64,000 nucleotides of DNA from Candidatus Hydrogenedentota bacterium (GCA_963745075.1 CAVUWV010000014.1:96001-160000), one strand, 5' to 3'; shown: positions 1-10,561, counted from the stretch's first letter. Made by a program: numbers and translations. Notes: a model not told the origin generated them from the sequence alone.

Positions 1-177
1 AGCGATCCGATCGCCAGTCTCAAACATGAAGGGCACCGCCGCCAGATCGAAGACTTTATCACCGCCATCCGGGACAACCGCGAGCCGTCAATCGACGGCC
101 GGGAGGGCCGGCGCGCGGTGGAAATTATCGAGACCATCTATCGCTCCGCAGAGTCTGGAAAGACCGTCACGCTATAA
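1..177 (+). CDS. Gfo/Idh/MocA family oxidoreductase, C-terminal part (5' end outside window)
   Basis: Manual frame-1 translation ...GHRRQIEDFITAIRDNREPSIDGREGRRAVEIIETIYRSAESGKTVTL* is a typical Gfo/Idh/MocA C-terminus; TAA at 175-177. Confidence 0.8.
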   Translation, partial: SDPIASLKHEGHRRQIEDFITAIRDNREPSIDGREGRRAVEIIETIYRSAESGKTVTL

Positions 178-317
178 CCGTGCCAAGGCGGCCGGGGCGT
201 CCGCACGACCCGAGATGGACGGCACGTTTGGCCGCCCTCACGTGGTTCTGTTACCATGCGTCAGTCGCCCGCATCGACAATTTACTGCAACGCGCGCATC
301 ACCGGAGACTCGATGTC

Positions 318-1376
318 ATGAATAGACTTTCCCTCATAGTGCTTATTGCGTTCACGGCCGGCCTCGTGTTGACGGCTCCCCTCGCCGCCCAGGAACAGTC
401 CAACCCGGAAATCGTGGCGACCATCGGCGATAAAGCGACTATCACCAAGACCGAATTCGAGCGAGCGCTTGCGGGTGCGTTGCAGGCGCGAATGGCCCAG
501 GCCCGGCGGATGGGCGTGAAAGATCCGCAGAAGCTTGCGCAAACGCCGGTCAGTCACGAAGAGAAGCTCAAGCTCATCGACATGATGGTGAACAGCAAGA
601 TTCTCTATCTTCTTGCCCAGCAGGCGGGAGTCAAAGTGACGGACGAGCAAGTGGACGCGGAGATCGACAAGCACCGTGCGGCACTTCCCCCCAACACGAC
701 GCTCGAGCAGTTCATGGAAAAGCAGGGCACGTCCTTGCAAGAAATCAAGGACTTGACCCGCATGCGCCTCGCTTCCCAGGAGTATAGCCGCGAACAGGTT
801 AAAGATATTTCAATCACCGACGAACAGGTTCAATCGGAATACGAAAACCTGAAGGCGAAGAATCTGTTCGATACCGCCGATATCGCGCACATCCTGGTTC
901 GTGTGACCAGTGACGACCCCGGCGCATGGGAAGAAGCCAAGAAGAAGATCGACGCGGCGTACAAACGCATTAAGGACGGCGAAGATTTCGCGGTGGTTTG
1001 CAAAGACGTGTCGGACGACGACAAGACGAAGGATGATGGTGGCGTGATTAAGGGCGCCATGCGGGGCATTCTCGGTCCTGAATTCGATCAGCGGATGTTC
1101 ACCCTTCCTCTGAACGAAGTCTCGGAACCGTTCAAGAGCCGTCTCGGTTGGCACATTTTGAAGGTGACCGACCGCGGAGTGGCGCCGCTGGAGGGCGTAT
1201 TGAAGGAACGGTTGACCGCCGGTTTGCTACAACAAAAGAAGGCCCAAGCCATCGAGAAACTTATCAGCGACGCCCGGTCCACCATGAAGATCCAGATATC
1301 GCTTCCCCCCGAAGCACCCGCCGCCGAGGGCACGGAAGCCGCTCCAGCACCGTCATTGTTGGAAGGCGCCACCTGA
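318..1376 (+). CDS. Exported parvulin-type peptidyl-prolyl isomerase (PrsA/SurA family)
   Basis: Signal peptide, SurA-N-like helical region, rotamase motifs AHILV, GEDFA, SEPFKSRLGWHILKV; ATG 318 after GGAG. Confidence 0.88.
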   Translation: MNRLSLIVLIAFTAGLVLTAPLAAQEQSNPEIVATIGDKATITKTEFERALAGALQARMAQARRMGVKDPQKLAQTPVSHEEKLKLIDMMVNSKILYLLAQQAGVKVTDEQVDAEIDKHRAALPPNTTLEQFMEKQGTSLQEIKDLTRMRLASQEYSREQVKDISITDEQVQSEYENLKAKNLFDTADIAHILVRVTSDDPGAWEEAKKKIDAAYKRIKDGEDFAVVCKDVSDDDKTKDDGGVIKGAMRGILGPEFDQRMFTLPLNEVSEPFKSRLGWHILKVTDRGVAPLEGVLKERLTAGLLQQKKAQAIEKLISDARSTMKIQISLPPEAPAAEGTEAAPAPSLLEGAT

Positions 1377-1440
1377 AGAACGCAACCTTGGTCCCGCGCA
1401 CACATTCATCCGGCTCGGTGCGGAAAACGACATCGACGGA

Positions 1441-2709
1441 CTAATGTCTCGGTTTGACGTGGGGCGTATTGGCGTACACGATGTCAACCGTGTCGCCGTC
1501 ACTGAGTATGGACAAGCGCGCCGCCTCGGTGACGAGTTCGTTCGTACTGGAGTTCGCGGGCGTGGCAATCAGCCCCTGTTGATCCGTCTCCCGGATCATC
1601 GCCTGCCGCTTGGTTAGAGATTCGCCGTCACTCATTCCCTTCACTCTGTCCTCGATCTGATGGATTCGCGCAAGAATGTTCGCTACGGATTCATACCCGT
1701 AGCCGATTGGCTGTTCACCTTCCCCTAGCCACGGCACCAATCGGAAGAAATCGGGGCTGACGTAGTTGAACGCCGTGCCCCCGCATCCAATCCCCTCCAG
1801 GTAGCTGTGTGTGACGCCGCGGAACTGATCGTTGTGTTTGATCATGCCCGATTTACCGTCGCCCTCGCAGAACATCGTCAGGCACTGTTCGTTGCTGCCG
1901 GCGCCGTCGTCCGGATACCCCAGGCCATCGATCACCGAAAGGATCGCGCCATTCTCGTAGGTGACTCGGCCGTTGGCCCACATGTACCCTTCGTTGCCGT
2001 TGGGGAACTTCCCTTTGACGCCACTCACCGACACCGCAGTAGGGCGCAACCCGGTGATGAAGCTCACGAGGTCAACATAGTGGCAACCAACGTAGACGAA
2101 GGGATCGGATTTGTCCACCGTAAACCAATTTTGAAAATTTGAGAAGCGATACAGGTAAGGCTCGATCATCTTCGCTTCGCCCATCTGGAATTCACCGAAG
2201 TCCCCGCGCACGTAGTGACGTCGCGCCATGAGGGAGCGCCGATCCCAGCGCTTATGATATTCGACACCGACGAAGAGTCCTTTCTCAAGGGCAAGCAGCT
2301 CAATTTCGACCGCCTGGTTGTATTGCAGCACCAGGGGCTTCACGCAGAGCACGTGCTGGTCGTTCTTGAGCGCCTCCATCACGACGCCGTAGTGCAACTG
2401 ATCGGGCATCGCGACTACCACGGCGTTGCGCGGCGGCATCGATGCAATTACTTCTTTGTACGTTTCCGGACGGTTCTCAGTCTCCGGGGTATCCAAGGAA
2501 GGGTACGGCGTGAAGTCTTGGCCCGGGAATGCATGTTTCAGTTCGTCGTTCGCTTTGAGTGCTTTGAGAGGCGGCGTGTTCAGCGCGCAAATGTTGATAC
2601 CCGCCACGATTTTGAGCCGTTGGAGGTGATAGACACACGGCAGGATGAGATCGTTTGTGATCATGCCTCCCCCGACAATCGTGACTTCCATGCTTGCAGT
2701 CGCACTCAT
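1441..2709 (-). CDS. Gfo/Idh/MocA family oxidoreductase
   Basis: IVGGGMI Rossmann motif, AMPDQLH, HVLCVKP, VEYHKRWD; start MSATAS after AAAGGAG. Confidence 0.85.
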   Translation of the reverse strand: MSATASMEVTIVGGGMITNDLILPCVYHLQRLKIVAGINICALNTPPLKALKANDELKHAFPGQDFTPYPSLDTPETENRPETYKEVIASMPPRNAVVVAMPDQLHYGVVMEALKNDQHVLCVKPLVLQYNQAVEIELLALEKGLFVGVEYHKRWDRRSLMARRHYVRGDFGEFQMGEAKMIEPYLYRFSNFQNWFTVDKSDPFVYVGCHYVDLVSFITGLRPTAVSVSGVKGKFPNGNEGYMWANGRVTYENGAILSVIDGLGYPDDGAGSNEQCLTMFCEGDGKSGMIKHNDQFRGVTHSYLEGIGCGGTAFNYVSPDFFRLVPWLGEGEQPIGYGYESVANILARIHQIEDRVKGMSDGESLTKRQAMIRETDQQGLIATPANSSTNELVTEAARLSILSDGDTVDIVYANTPHVKPRH

Positions 2710-2951
2710 AGTCCTACACGCACTCCTTTCTTTGAAAAATAACAGAACCCCGGTTTCTTGACGCATTTTTCAGACGACGGCCGCCTGAAAGAGTGCATTA
2801 TTATACCCATCGTCCCGCGCTATCCAAAGCTGACGGAAGTCCCGCCCATTCGGTATGCATCGATCGTGCTATATGACGACGGGGTTTCGAATAACGAGTG
2901 CGGTATGATGGCCCAGCAAAGGACTTTGATTGTAGGAGAGGGAGGTGACTC

Positions 2952-3740
2952 GTGGATGTGCTTGCACACAATCGAAAGGCCTGGAATGCGCAGGTCGCCG
3001 GGGGGAACCAGTGGACCGTGCCCGTGAACTCCGACGAGATTCAGCGGGCGCGCGCCGGCGATTGGCGCATTATCCTCACGCCGAATGCAGCCGTGCCCCA
3101 CGAATGGTTTGGGCCGGTTGAGGATTGTGACCTCCTGTGCTTGGCCTCCGGGGGCGGGCAGCAAGCGCCCGTGCTGGCCGCGGCCGGCGCGCGCGTGACG
3201 AGTTTCGATAATTCCGATGCGCAACTGGCCAGGGATCGGTTCGTCGCGGACCGCGACGGACTCGAGCTGCGCACCGTGCAAGGCGACATGAGCGATCTGT
3301 CGGTGTTTCCGGAATCATCCTTCGATGTGATCGTTCATCCCGTCTCGAATCTGTTTGTGCCCGACGTAAGGCCCGTGTGGCAGGAGTGCTATCGCGTGTT
3401 ACGCACGGGGGGGCGGTTGTTGGCCGGATTCATGAATCCAGCCTATTTCCTGTTCGATCATTTCGCCATCGAAAGAGGCGGGCCGCTGGAGGTGCGGTAC
3501 CGTCTGCCGTATTCCGATATCGAGCAATTCGACGAACTCGCGAAACGCGGCGTGATGGACGAAAAGTCACCCATGGAATTCGGCCACACATTGAACGATC
3601 TGATCGGTGGCCAACTCGCCGCGGGATTCATCATTACCGATTTGTTTGAAGACGACTGGGATACCACCGTCACGCCGCTCAACGCGTACATGGCCTTTTT
3701 CATTGCCACGCTGGCGCGGAAGGTGGAAATTCTCCGGTAG
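2952..3740 (+). CDS. Class I SAM-dependent methyltransferase
   Basis: LCLASGGGQQ motif I, QGDM, FDVIV, RVLRTGG; GTG start after GGAGG. Confidence 0.88.
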   Translation: MDVLAHNRKAWNAQVAGGNQWTVPVNSDEIQRARAGDWRIILTPNAAVPHEWFGPVEDCDLLCLASGGGQQAPVLAAAGARVTSFDNSDAQLARDRFVADRDGLELRTVQGDMSDLSVFPESSFDVIVHPVSNLFVPDVRPVWQECYRVLRTGGRLLAGFMNPAYFLFDHFAIERGGPLEVRYRLPYSDIEQFDELAKRGVMDEKSPMEFGHTLNDLIGGQLAAGFIITDLFEDDWDTTVTPLNAYMAFFIATLARKVEILR

Positions 3741-3776
3741 CTGTTTAGGGACGGGTATTGCGTCGTATACTATGAA

Positions 3777-3944
3777 ATGAAACCGATCGGTTCGAATGCC
3801 TTTGGGCAGAAGGTCAGGCTGCGAAGCGAACTTGCTATGAATGACTTCGACGCGGTCCAAATGGAAGACACATTCAAACTCGGCATGCGCATCGACAATC
3901 TCGACGGTTTGCTCGTGCCGGATGAATCGGATAGGCCGCTGTGA
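3777..3944 (+). CDS. Possible small ORF (55 aa, or 35 aa from ATG 3837) coupled to the next gene
   Basis: Open frame ...MNDFDAVQMEDTFKLGMRIDNLDGLLVPDESDRPL*; stop overlaps next start (TGATG 3942-3946); no recognisable family. Confidence 0.3.
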   Translation: MKPIGSNAFGQKVRLRSELAMNDFDAVQMEDTFKLGMRIDNLDGLLVPDESDRPL

Positions 3945-6523
3945 TGCGCGCACGGCGCATGGTCCGACCGTTCTTCGGACTGACACTGTTCACCGGCATC
4001 GCCGTCGTGATCGTCGTCGCATACATGTTCGGGAACGCGGGCATACACGAATACCTCCGTGGTTTCTCTGATTCCCGCTTGGACGTGTCCACGTCGGGGC
4101 AACGCATTCTGAACTTGACGCTCGCGGCCACGGTTACTCCCCCGGATACAACAAACCCCCAGGGCACCATCTCCGCCACCGCCGATCTTCACTTCGAGAT
4201 CGTCGATACCTCACGAAATAGTTTCGTGTGTCTCTTGAACCCGGGACTCACGATTACCTCTGCTGAAGTCCATGGAACCGCAGTGCGTTGGATCCGCAAC
4301 GGCCGAGTGGTCACGTTAAATGCGTCGGACCCACTACCGATCGGTACTCCCGTCACCGTCCATCTCGAATACGGCGGCCGGCTTTCCGGCGATGCCTACA
4401 TGCCCGCCACGATAGGCGGGGATCGCGTCATCTTGCCCCATCTGTCGCTTTGGCACCCGGTTGATTTGAACAGCTTTTTCCCCATCCAAGCCACCGTGGA
4501 CGTTCCCTCGGGTTGGGTTCCCGCATTGGACAATGTCGCTATCAAACCAAATGGCAACCGCCAACAGGTGACGTGGAAAGAGGATCGCCCCGTTCTCGGC
4601 TCAACGTTTATCGCCGGACCGTATGAGCACCGCGCGCAGCGGCACGGCAACGTGCGCTGCACGTACTTCTATGTGGATGATGGAACGGCAAATCCCACAC
4701 CGATCATCGATGCGATGGGCAGCGCCTACAGCTATCTTCGCACCATGTTTGGCAGCGACGATTTCGATCGCGTATGTGCGGTCAGCGATCCCAACATCGC
4801 TGCTGGGTTCAACGGCGGCAACGCCGTGCTGGGATTTCCGTCAAAATTTCCAAGCGAGTCTCGCGACCAATTTGCGCTCCTCGCCCGTGAAATCGCCTGC
4901 AACTGGTGGGGCAACACCGTCACCGGCCGTTGGTTCGCCCGCCAACCGGAGGCAACGTCATGGCTCGATCAAGGGTTTGCGGAATACAGTGCCTGGTTGA
5001 CCCTTCGCGGCGTCAAAGGCAAGTCCGACGCACTGCGTTACCTCGAAACACTCCACTGTCCGCCTTCGATTGATTTTCCCATGAAGATGATCGCTATTGC
5101 CGACGCGTACCGGGAACCAGTGCCCGGCACCGCGACCGATCCTTTGTACATCTACGTGCGGCAACCCTACACCCTTTCCGTGCTCGCGGCGGAAACGGGC
5201 GAGGAACGGTTCCTGGCCGGATGCAAGAACCTGTTACGCATCCACCGCTACCGCTCGATTTCGTATATCGCCGCGTTGCAGGAACTCGAACTCGCGTCGG
5301 AAAGCGATCTTCGGGAAACGTTTCGCGTTTGGTTTGAACGCGACGGTACCTTCGATTACGCGGTGGATGACGTCTCCCAGGATAACGACGCGGTGCGCAT
5401 TTCCATTTCGAATCCCGGCGACATCCCGGTATTCGGCAATATGACCGTGGCGCTCATCACCGCGGACGGCGTGGTGACCCGCGCGATCGAGCCCGGCGCA
5501 AACGGAGGCTCGTTCCTGTTTCAGGTTCATGCACCGGTAGCGACGGTCATTCTGGACCCAGAATTCGTTCTGCCCGACATGCGTCGTGCCAACAATATCT
5601 GGCCGCGCCGTACCGTGCCGCGATTGGTCCATGCCGGGACCGGTGGAAACGCCGTGTTGACGGCGTCGACCAACCCCGTTTTACCAGGCGCCGACGCGAT
5701 TGCGGTGGCATCTGGGGATTTGCGTTATGCGGATCGCATTGATACGCCGGCGCCGCTCGAAACGCAGCCCCTTCCAGACCCTCGCAATGAATCCGTTTTA
5801 TTCAAGGCCGGTAAGGTTTTCATTTGGGACCACGAGAGTGGAAATGCAGTTGCAATCGCCGGCGAGACGTTCATCCCTTTAGGATGGGTTGGGGAGGAGG
5901 CGGTGCTTCAAGATCCGGCGCGCAACACGTGGTACACCCGTGCCGGGAACGGTCCCCTTCGTGCGCTCGGAACCGGGCATGCAATCGCCAACCCCGGAAG
6001 CCTCATTGCTCAGCCGGGGCAAAAGCGTGCCGCGTATGTCGACGAGCCGACCGGGGCGATTCGAATCGTGACGCTAGCTCCGTTTGCAGACGAAGCCGTG
6101 AACGCGCCGCCTTCCGCTAGAAACGTGGTGTGGACTACCGACGGCAGTGCCCTTATCTTTGCGAATCCGGCCGGCACGGTCGTACGGCTGAACCCTGTTA
6201 CCGGCGATCAACGCGTTTTGCTCCACCTCGATTACGCTCTACGTAAGGCGGAGGTGTCACCGGGCGGTGTTTGTGTGGCGTGGCTCGATCCCAAAGAGCA
6301 ACTGCGATACTGCGCCATCACCAGGCCGCTGCCACAGCCGGCGCAGGTCGTCGGGGTAGCCGTTTCCTTCACATGGATCGATGACGCTACGCTACTGGTC
6401 CTGGCGGCCGAGCCTTTGCGCGAGATCCCGGCACTGGCCTATGCAAAGTATTCCCTTTGGCGCGTTTATCCCGACGGTCGTCCGCCGGAATGTGTGCTGC
6501 CGGACGCCACCCGGTTATTTTGA
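3944..6523 (+). CDS. Membrane-anchored M1 aminopeptidase-like protein with degenerate active site and C-terminal beta-propeller-like region
   Basis: N-terminal TM; M1-like LLAREIACNWWGN and WLDQGFAEYSA; VILDPE...NN motif; WTTDGSALIF/VSPGG propeller-like repeats. Confidence 0.72.
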   Translation: MRARRMVRPFFGLTLFTGIAVVIVVAYMFGNAGIHEYLRGFSDSRLDVSTSGQRILNLTLAATVTPPDTTNPQGTISATADLHFEIVDTSRNSFVCLLNPGLTITSAEVHGTAVRWIRNGRVVTLNASDPLPIGTPVTVHLEYGGRLSGDAYMPATIGGDRVILPHLSLWHPVDLNSFFPIQATVDVPSGWVPALDNVAIKPNGNRQQVTWKEDRPVLGSTFIAGPYEHRAQRHGNVRCTYFYVDDGTANPTPIIDAMGSAYSYLRTMFGSDDFDRVCAVSDPNIAAGFNGGNAVLGFPSKFPSESRDQFALLAREIACNWWGNTVTGRWFARQPEATSWLDQGFAEYSAWLTLRGVKGKSDALRYLETLHCPPSIDFPMKMIAIADAYREPVPGTATDPLYIYVRQPYTLSVLAAETGEERFLAGCKNLLRIHRYRSISYIAALQELELASESDLRETFRVWFERDGTFDYAVDDVSQDNDAVRISISNPGDIPVFGNMTVALITADGVVTRAIEPGANGGSFLFQVHAPVATVILDPEFVLPDMRRANNIWPRRTVPRLVHAGTGGNAVLTASTNPVLPGADAIAVASGDLRYADRIDTPAPLETQPLPDPRNESVLFKAGKVFIWDHESGNAVAIAGETFIPLGWVGEEAVLQDPARNTWYTRAGNGPLRALGTGHAIANPGSLIAQPGQKRAAYVDEPTGAIRIVTLAPFADEAVNAPPSARNVVWTTDGSALIFANPAGTVVRLNPVTGDQRVLLHLDYALRKAEVSPGGVCVAWLDPKEQLRYCAITRPLPQPAQVVGVAVSFTWIDDATLLVLAAEPLREIPALAYAKYSLWRVYPDGRPPECVLPDATRLF

Positions 6524-6556
6524 ATTACGTGGAGCGCGCTGTCGCTATCCGACTCC

Positions 6557-8611
6557 CTACGAAGCTTCCGCGGGGGCAATATTCGGCAAGGGCCCATCGC
6601 CGCCAACCAGTTGATCGCCTTTGATCTGCAGCACGTGGTCGTCATTGGCCACGTGAATCACGAGTTTCGTGCCGTCCATGCTCCAGGTTCCCTTCATACG
6701 GCGACCCACGCGCACTTCACCGTCCGCCAGGAACTGAATTCGGAACCGGCCGCTACGCCAAGTCGTCCCGACGATGCTTTCCGCAGTGACCGGGACGCCC
6801 AATCCCGGCCGCTCATTCTCGGCAATGATTCCGTCGGCATGTTGGGATACGTCGTCTTCGTCCACGTGCGCGTACCGGAAGTAGCCGATAAACATTTCTT
6901 CGAAGGTCTGTTCACCGAAATAGACCCATTTGTCCGGGTCGGGGTTCATCGGGTTGCTGATGGAATTGTCGAAGTCGCCCTCGCACCGGATGACCGTCCC
7001 GGCGGGTAGTATCTTCGGCTTGTTGAATTCGTACATGGTCTGCCAATTGAAATCGTAGTTCGGTACGTTCAGCAGTACTTCCGTAGAACCGTCCGGGTAA
7101 TCGGCCAAATACTTAAAATCCTTGCCGCGGTAGTGCATGTGCGGTGATACCGAGTAAAGCAGCGTGTCTTGCCCGACGCGGAATGCGGCTTTGGCGCCGT
7201 ACTTCGGATTACCTGGCGGAATTTCAAACTCCGTGTTGCTCGCCGCGCGGGTAAATAGCTCGCGCTTCGGTTTCCCGTCGTACAAATACAAGCCGAGCTT
7301 GCTCAGGTCGTCGGCCGGCTTGCCGGTGGTCGTGTAGTGCAATTGGAATATGAATTGAGACCCCGCGGGAACAAACTTAGCCGTTCCTTCGGGAAAGTAT
7401 GAGGGTTGCATCCCCGGTACGTACCCCGCGAAGAATCCATCCAACCCCATCTCGTAATCGGGTTGCAGGTGGCCCAGCCTATCGGGGTACTTGATGAAGA
7501 CCAGAACGTGATGAACCACCTGCCGTGCACCCGGAAGGACCTCCGCCGCCTTGACCCAGATGTCCTCCGTTCCCGTGTACGGAACGCGCACATACTGATA
7601 GTCCATCACGCCGTTTGCCGGCACATGAATCGGTTTCGGCAAGGGCACAACGATGTCGGGCTCACCCAAGGGCCAGGAGGACTCCAGCGGTTCCACTTTG
7701 GTCAGGGGGTCCTTCCCGCGTCCCCGTGGCGTATCGTCATCCAGCCAGGCCAGGAGCTGCCGAGTTTCGTCACGCGTAAGCGCGTTGTCATTTGCATAGT
7801 CGCCGTAATGGGGATCGGCATGCCACGGCGGCATTCGCTTGGCCATGACCACTTCGCGGATCATCCGTTTGTGATCGACCACCTCCTCGTAGCAGTCCAT
7901 GGGAAACGGCGCGATGTCGCCTTCCCGATGACAGGTCGCGCATTTCTCGCGAAGTAGCGGCCCGATATGGCTGGAATAGGAGACCTTCTTCGGCCCGGGC
8001 AGTTTGTCGATCAAGCAGCCCTTCGATTCGGTATGGGTCGTCTCCACCGGTTTCCCGGCCAGCACGGCGTCGAGCGCGTCCTGCAGCCAGTGATGCCGTG
8101 TCACCATGCGCTCGAACCCGTATCCCAACCGATCGTCAAGAGCGCCCCGGTACACGATCGTAAAGTCGGGCGGGACGATCAGGAAGGTTGTCGCCGTGCG
8201 GTCCACTTTCAGTTCATCGGTCACCGCTTGCGCATCGTCCAACAGGATCGGGAAATCGATATCGAATTCCTTGGCTTCTTCCACCACACTTTCCAGATCG
8301 TCACCCGGATTCCCGTCGATCAGGAGAAATGAGACGCCCTTGTCCGCGTACTCGTCCCGCAATTCGTTCAGCGTGGCGATACTTTTGCGCACGATAGGGC
8401 ACCCGTTCCCCGCGAAAAACAAGACGATAGCCTTGGACTCGCGGTACCGGTACAACTCGTGCGAATCACCGTTCTGGTCGTTTAATCGGAAGTTGTGAAC
8501 GATGGTGGGATAGGTTTCCTGCGTTTCCGGCGCGGCGTTTTCTTCGGCTTGCGCGGCGAACGCGATAGTCAGACACAAGACCAGCCCCGAGCAGCATAGA
8601 CGTACACGCAT
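6557..8611 (-). CDS. Exported redoxin + c-type heme + copper type II monooxygenase-like multidomain protein
   Basis: Signal peptide; redoxin (FRLNDQNG...GNGCPI...YRGALDD); CATCH; MPPW; VVHHVL, QLHY, PHMHYRG, YDFNWQ, EEM. Confidence 0.8.
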   Translation of the reverse strand: MRVRLCCSGLVLCLTIAFAAQAEENAAPETQETYPTIVHNFRLNDQNGDSHELYRYRESKAIVLFFAGNGCPIVRKSIATLNELRDEYADKGVSFLLIDGNPGDDLESVVEEAKEFDIDFPILLDDAQAVTDELKVDRTATTFLIVPPDFTIVYRGALDDRLGYGFERMVTRHHWLQDALDAVLAGKPVETTHTESKGCLIDKLPGPKKVSYSSHIGPLLREKCATCHREGDIAPFPMDCYEEVVDHKRMIREVVMAKRMPPWHADPHYGDYANDNALTRDETRQLLAWLDDDTPRGRGKDPLTKVEPLESSWPLGEPDIVVPLPKPIHVPANGVMDYQYVRVPYTGTEDIWVKAAEVLPGARQVVHHVLVFIKYPDRLGHLQPDYEMGLDGFFAGYVPGMQPSYFPEGTAKFVPAGSQFIFQLHYTTTGKPADDLSKLGLYLYDGKPKRELFTRAASNTEFEIPPGNPKYGAKAAFRVGQDTLLYSVSPHMHYRGKDFKYLADYPDGSTEVLLNVPNYDFNWQTMYEFNKPKILPAGTVIRCEGDFDNSISNPMNPDPDKWVYFGEQTFEEMFIGYFRYAHVDEDDVSQHADGIIAENERPGLGVPVTAESIVGTTWRSGRFRIQFLADGEVRVGRRMKGTWSMDGTKLVIHVANDDHVLQIKGDQLVGGDGPLPNIAPAEAS

Positions 8612-8845
8612 ACTTCGTACTCCAGAATTCATTGAATCGTTTGTCACCAGGAACGGCTGTCCCGCTTCCAGCATAGGGGAGACGGGGAGGACTCCGCAAC
8701 CATCCTATTTACCGTTCGTAAGGATTTGGCCCTTGCTTGCCAACCAAAACCGACCCCAATACGACTGTCCGGCCGGCGAAAAGGTTTACATCGCGGCAAT
8801 ACAAGGGTTGATATTGCTTGAACCCGCTCAGTAGACTTTGCCGTT

Positions 8846-10432
8846 ATGCGTGATCCGGCAAGAAAGCCTCATCCCATGGTCGCACTGCGTCTGCGGTACA
8901 ACAATACCTACGACGCCGTGTCACTCTTGGTTTACATTCTTGCCATATACATCTGGGGAGTAATGATTTACCCCATGGGGCGCGACTTTACCGCCCTCTC
9001 CGATGCGGGCGCGCAATTGCCGTTTCTGGCGGCTTCCCTGTTCCGCGCGGAAATGGCACTGTTTGGTGCGTGGGTTCCCGGCTACCACCTGGTGAACTTG
9101 GCGCTTCTATATGCTTGCACGCTCTGCGTTTACCACTTTACAAACCTGACGGTTCGGGGCCTCTGGTGGTTCGGGACCCTGTCCGCCTGTATGTTTCTGG
9201 CCAACCCCGTGCACAGCGAGGCCATCCTGAATCTGTCCGGTGTTGGCGATCTCGTCCCGTGTCTGGCGGGCCTTCTGGCGCTGACGGCGTACGCGTGGCA
9301 GGTGCGGCGTCCCGCCCCCTGGAAGTTCGCGCTGGCTCTCGTTTTGCTGCTGTTCGCCACCGTCCCTTATCGCGCCAACGCAACGCTCGTACTCGTTATC
9401 GTGCTTTACGAAATGCTGGCGGCGCGTACCGGTGAACACAGCTTCGCCCGGCTGGGGACATTCTTTGTCGCGGGAGCAATTGGACTGGCCGTACATGCTG
9501 GGGAGATCGTCGCGTCCGGAGTGCAAATTGCCGAGCGCTTCACACCGCTCTATTTCCTCTTCTATCCGCTCGGCTTCCTACCCAAGACCGTTATCGCCTT
9601 TCACGCGCATCCCGCGTTGGCATGGCTGGCTGTTGCCGTCGTCATTCTGATTCTGGGCCTCATCTACCGGAAGGCACGCCGGCCTGTCATTCTCTTCGGT
9701 CTCCTCGCCATGGCCGCGCTGCGAGTCGGCCCGATAGATCGCCCCATCGACTGGGTGACCCTGATCGGCGGCGGCCAACTGCTTCTGGCCAACGCACTCT
9801 TCACGGTCGGGCTCGTTGCCTTGTTCTTCCGTATCATGGACCACCCGAAATGGCGGATCTCCATGGTCGGCACCACGACTACCATCGTTATCATTCTCTT
9901 TGCCATGCAGTTTATCTCCGTGCGCAGATGGAATGAAGCGGGGCACGAGGTCCGCCGCTTTCAACAACAGGCCTTAGAAGCGCACGAGAGGGGACCGATC
10001 GGCGTCTTGCCCGACTATCGCGCATACTACGGCGCGCCCATGAACCTGTCCGATTCGATTGCCCACGATTCGATCTTTAGTACGGCGGTTCCTGCGGTGA
10101 GCATACTGCCCATCCAAGGCGAACGGCCGGGGCGCCGCACTTTGAAGGTACGGACGTGGGGGAGCGATGGCGGTGAAATCGTCGTCTCGGGAGAAATCCC
10201 GAAGACCCCCGAAGGTATCTTTCCGAACCCGGCCGCGTTCAGCTTAGATGAGCACGCGGAAGTTCCGGTCGCGGCATTGGAACTGGACGCTACAATCCCC
10301 GTTGCCAACGCGACCGTACAGATAAGCGACGTGACCGTCGATTCGATGGTGATCGTGGTTCGCTCGAAAGGCGAAGCGTTGCCGGAAACCACCTTGCCGA
10401 ATACGGCGTCCGACGGCGAAGAACCAATCTGA
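8846..10432 (+). CDS. Polytopic membrane protein, GT-C/TMTC-like glycosyltransferase fold possible
   Basis: About 11 hydrophobic segments; LFGAWVPGYHLVNLAL and FLANPVHSEAI resemble GT-C-like membrane proteins. Confidence 0.55.
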   Translation: MRDPARKPHPMVALRLRYNNTYDAVSLLVYILAIYIWGVMIYPMGRDFTALSDAGAQLPFLAASLFRAEMALFGAWVPGYHLVNLALLYACTLCVYHFTNLTVRGLWWFGTLSACMFLANPVHSEAILNLSGVGDLVPCLAGLLALTAYAWQVRRPAPWKFALALVLLLFATVPYRANATLVLVIVLYEMLAARTGEHSFARLGTFFVAGAIGLAVHAGEIVASGVQIAERFTPLYFLFYPLGFLPKTVIAFHAHPALAWLAVAVVILILGLIYRKARRPVILFGLLAMAALRVGPIDRPIDWVTLIGGGQLLLANALFTVGLVALFFRIMDHPKWRISMVGTTTTIVIILFAMQFISVRRWNEAGHEVRRFQQQALEAHERGPIGVLPDYRAYYGAPMNLSDSIAHDSIFSTAVPAVSILPIQGERPGRRTLKVRTWGSDGGEIVVSGEIPKTPEGIFPNPAAFSLDEHAEVPVAALELDATIPVANATVQISDVTVDSMVIVVRSKGEALPETTLPNTASDGEEPI

Positions 10433-10471
10433 AAATTGACACCCATAGCAGGCGTCAGATAAGCACACAAC

Positions 10472-10552
10472 GGGGCACGGGCGTCTCGCCCGTGTGTTCG
10501 GGAGCCATGTTCCTGCAAGAATCCGTAAACACGGGCGGGAGGCCCGTGCCCC
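10472..10552. repeat. REP-like inverted pair between convergent genes (possible bidirectional terminator)
   Basis: GGGGCACGGGCGTCTCGCCCGTGT ... ACACGGGCGGGAGGCCCGTGCCCC. Confidence 0.75.
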
Positions 10553-10561
10553 ATTCAACAA

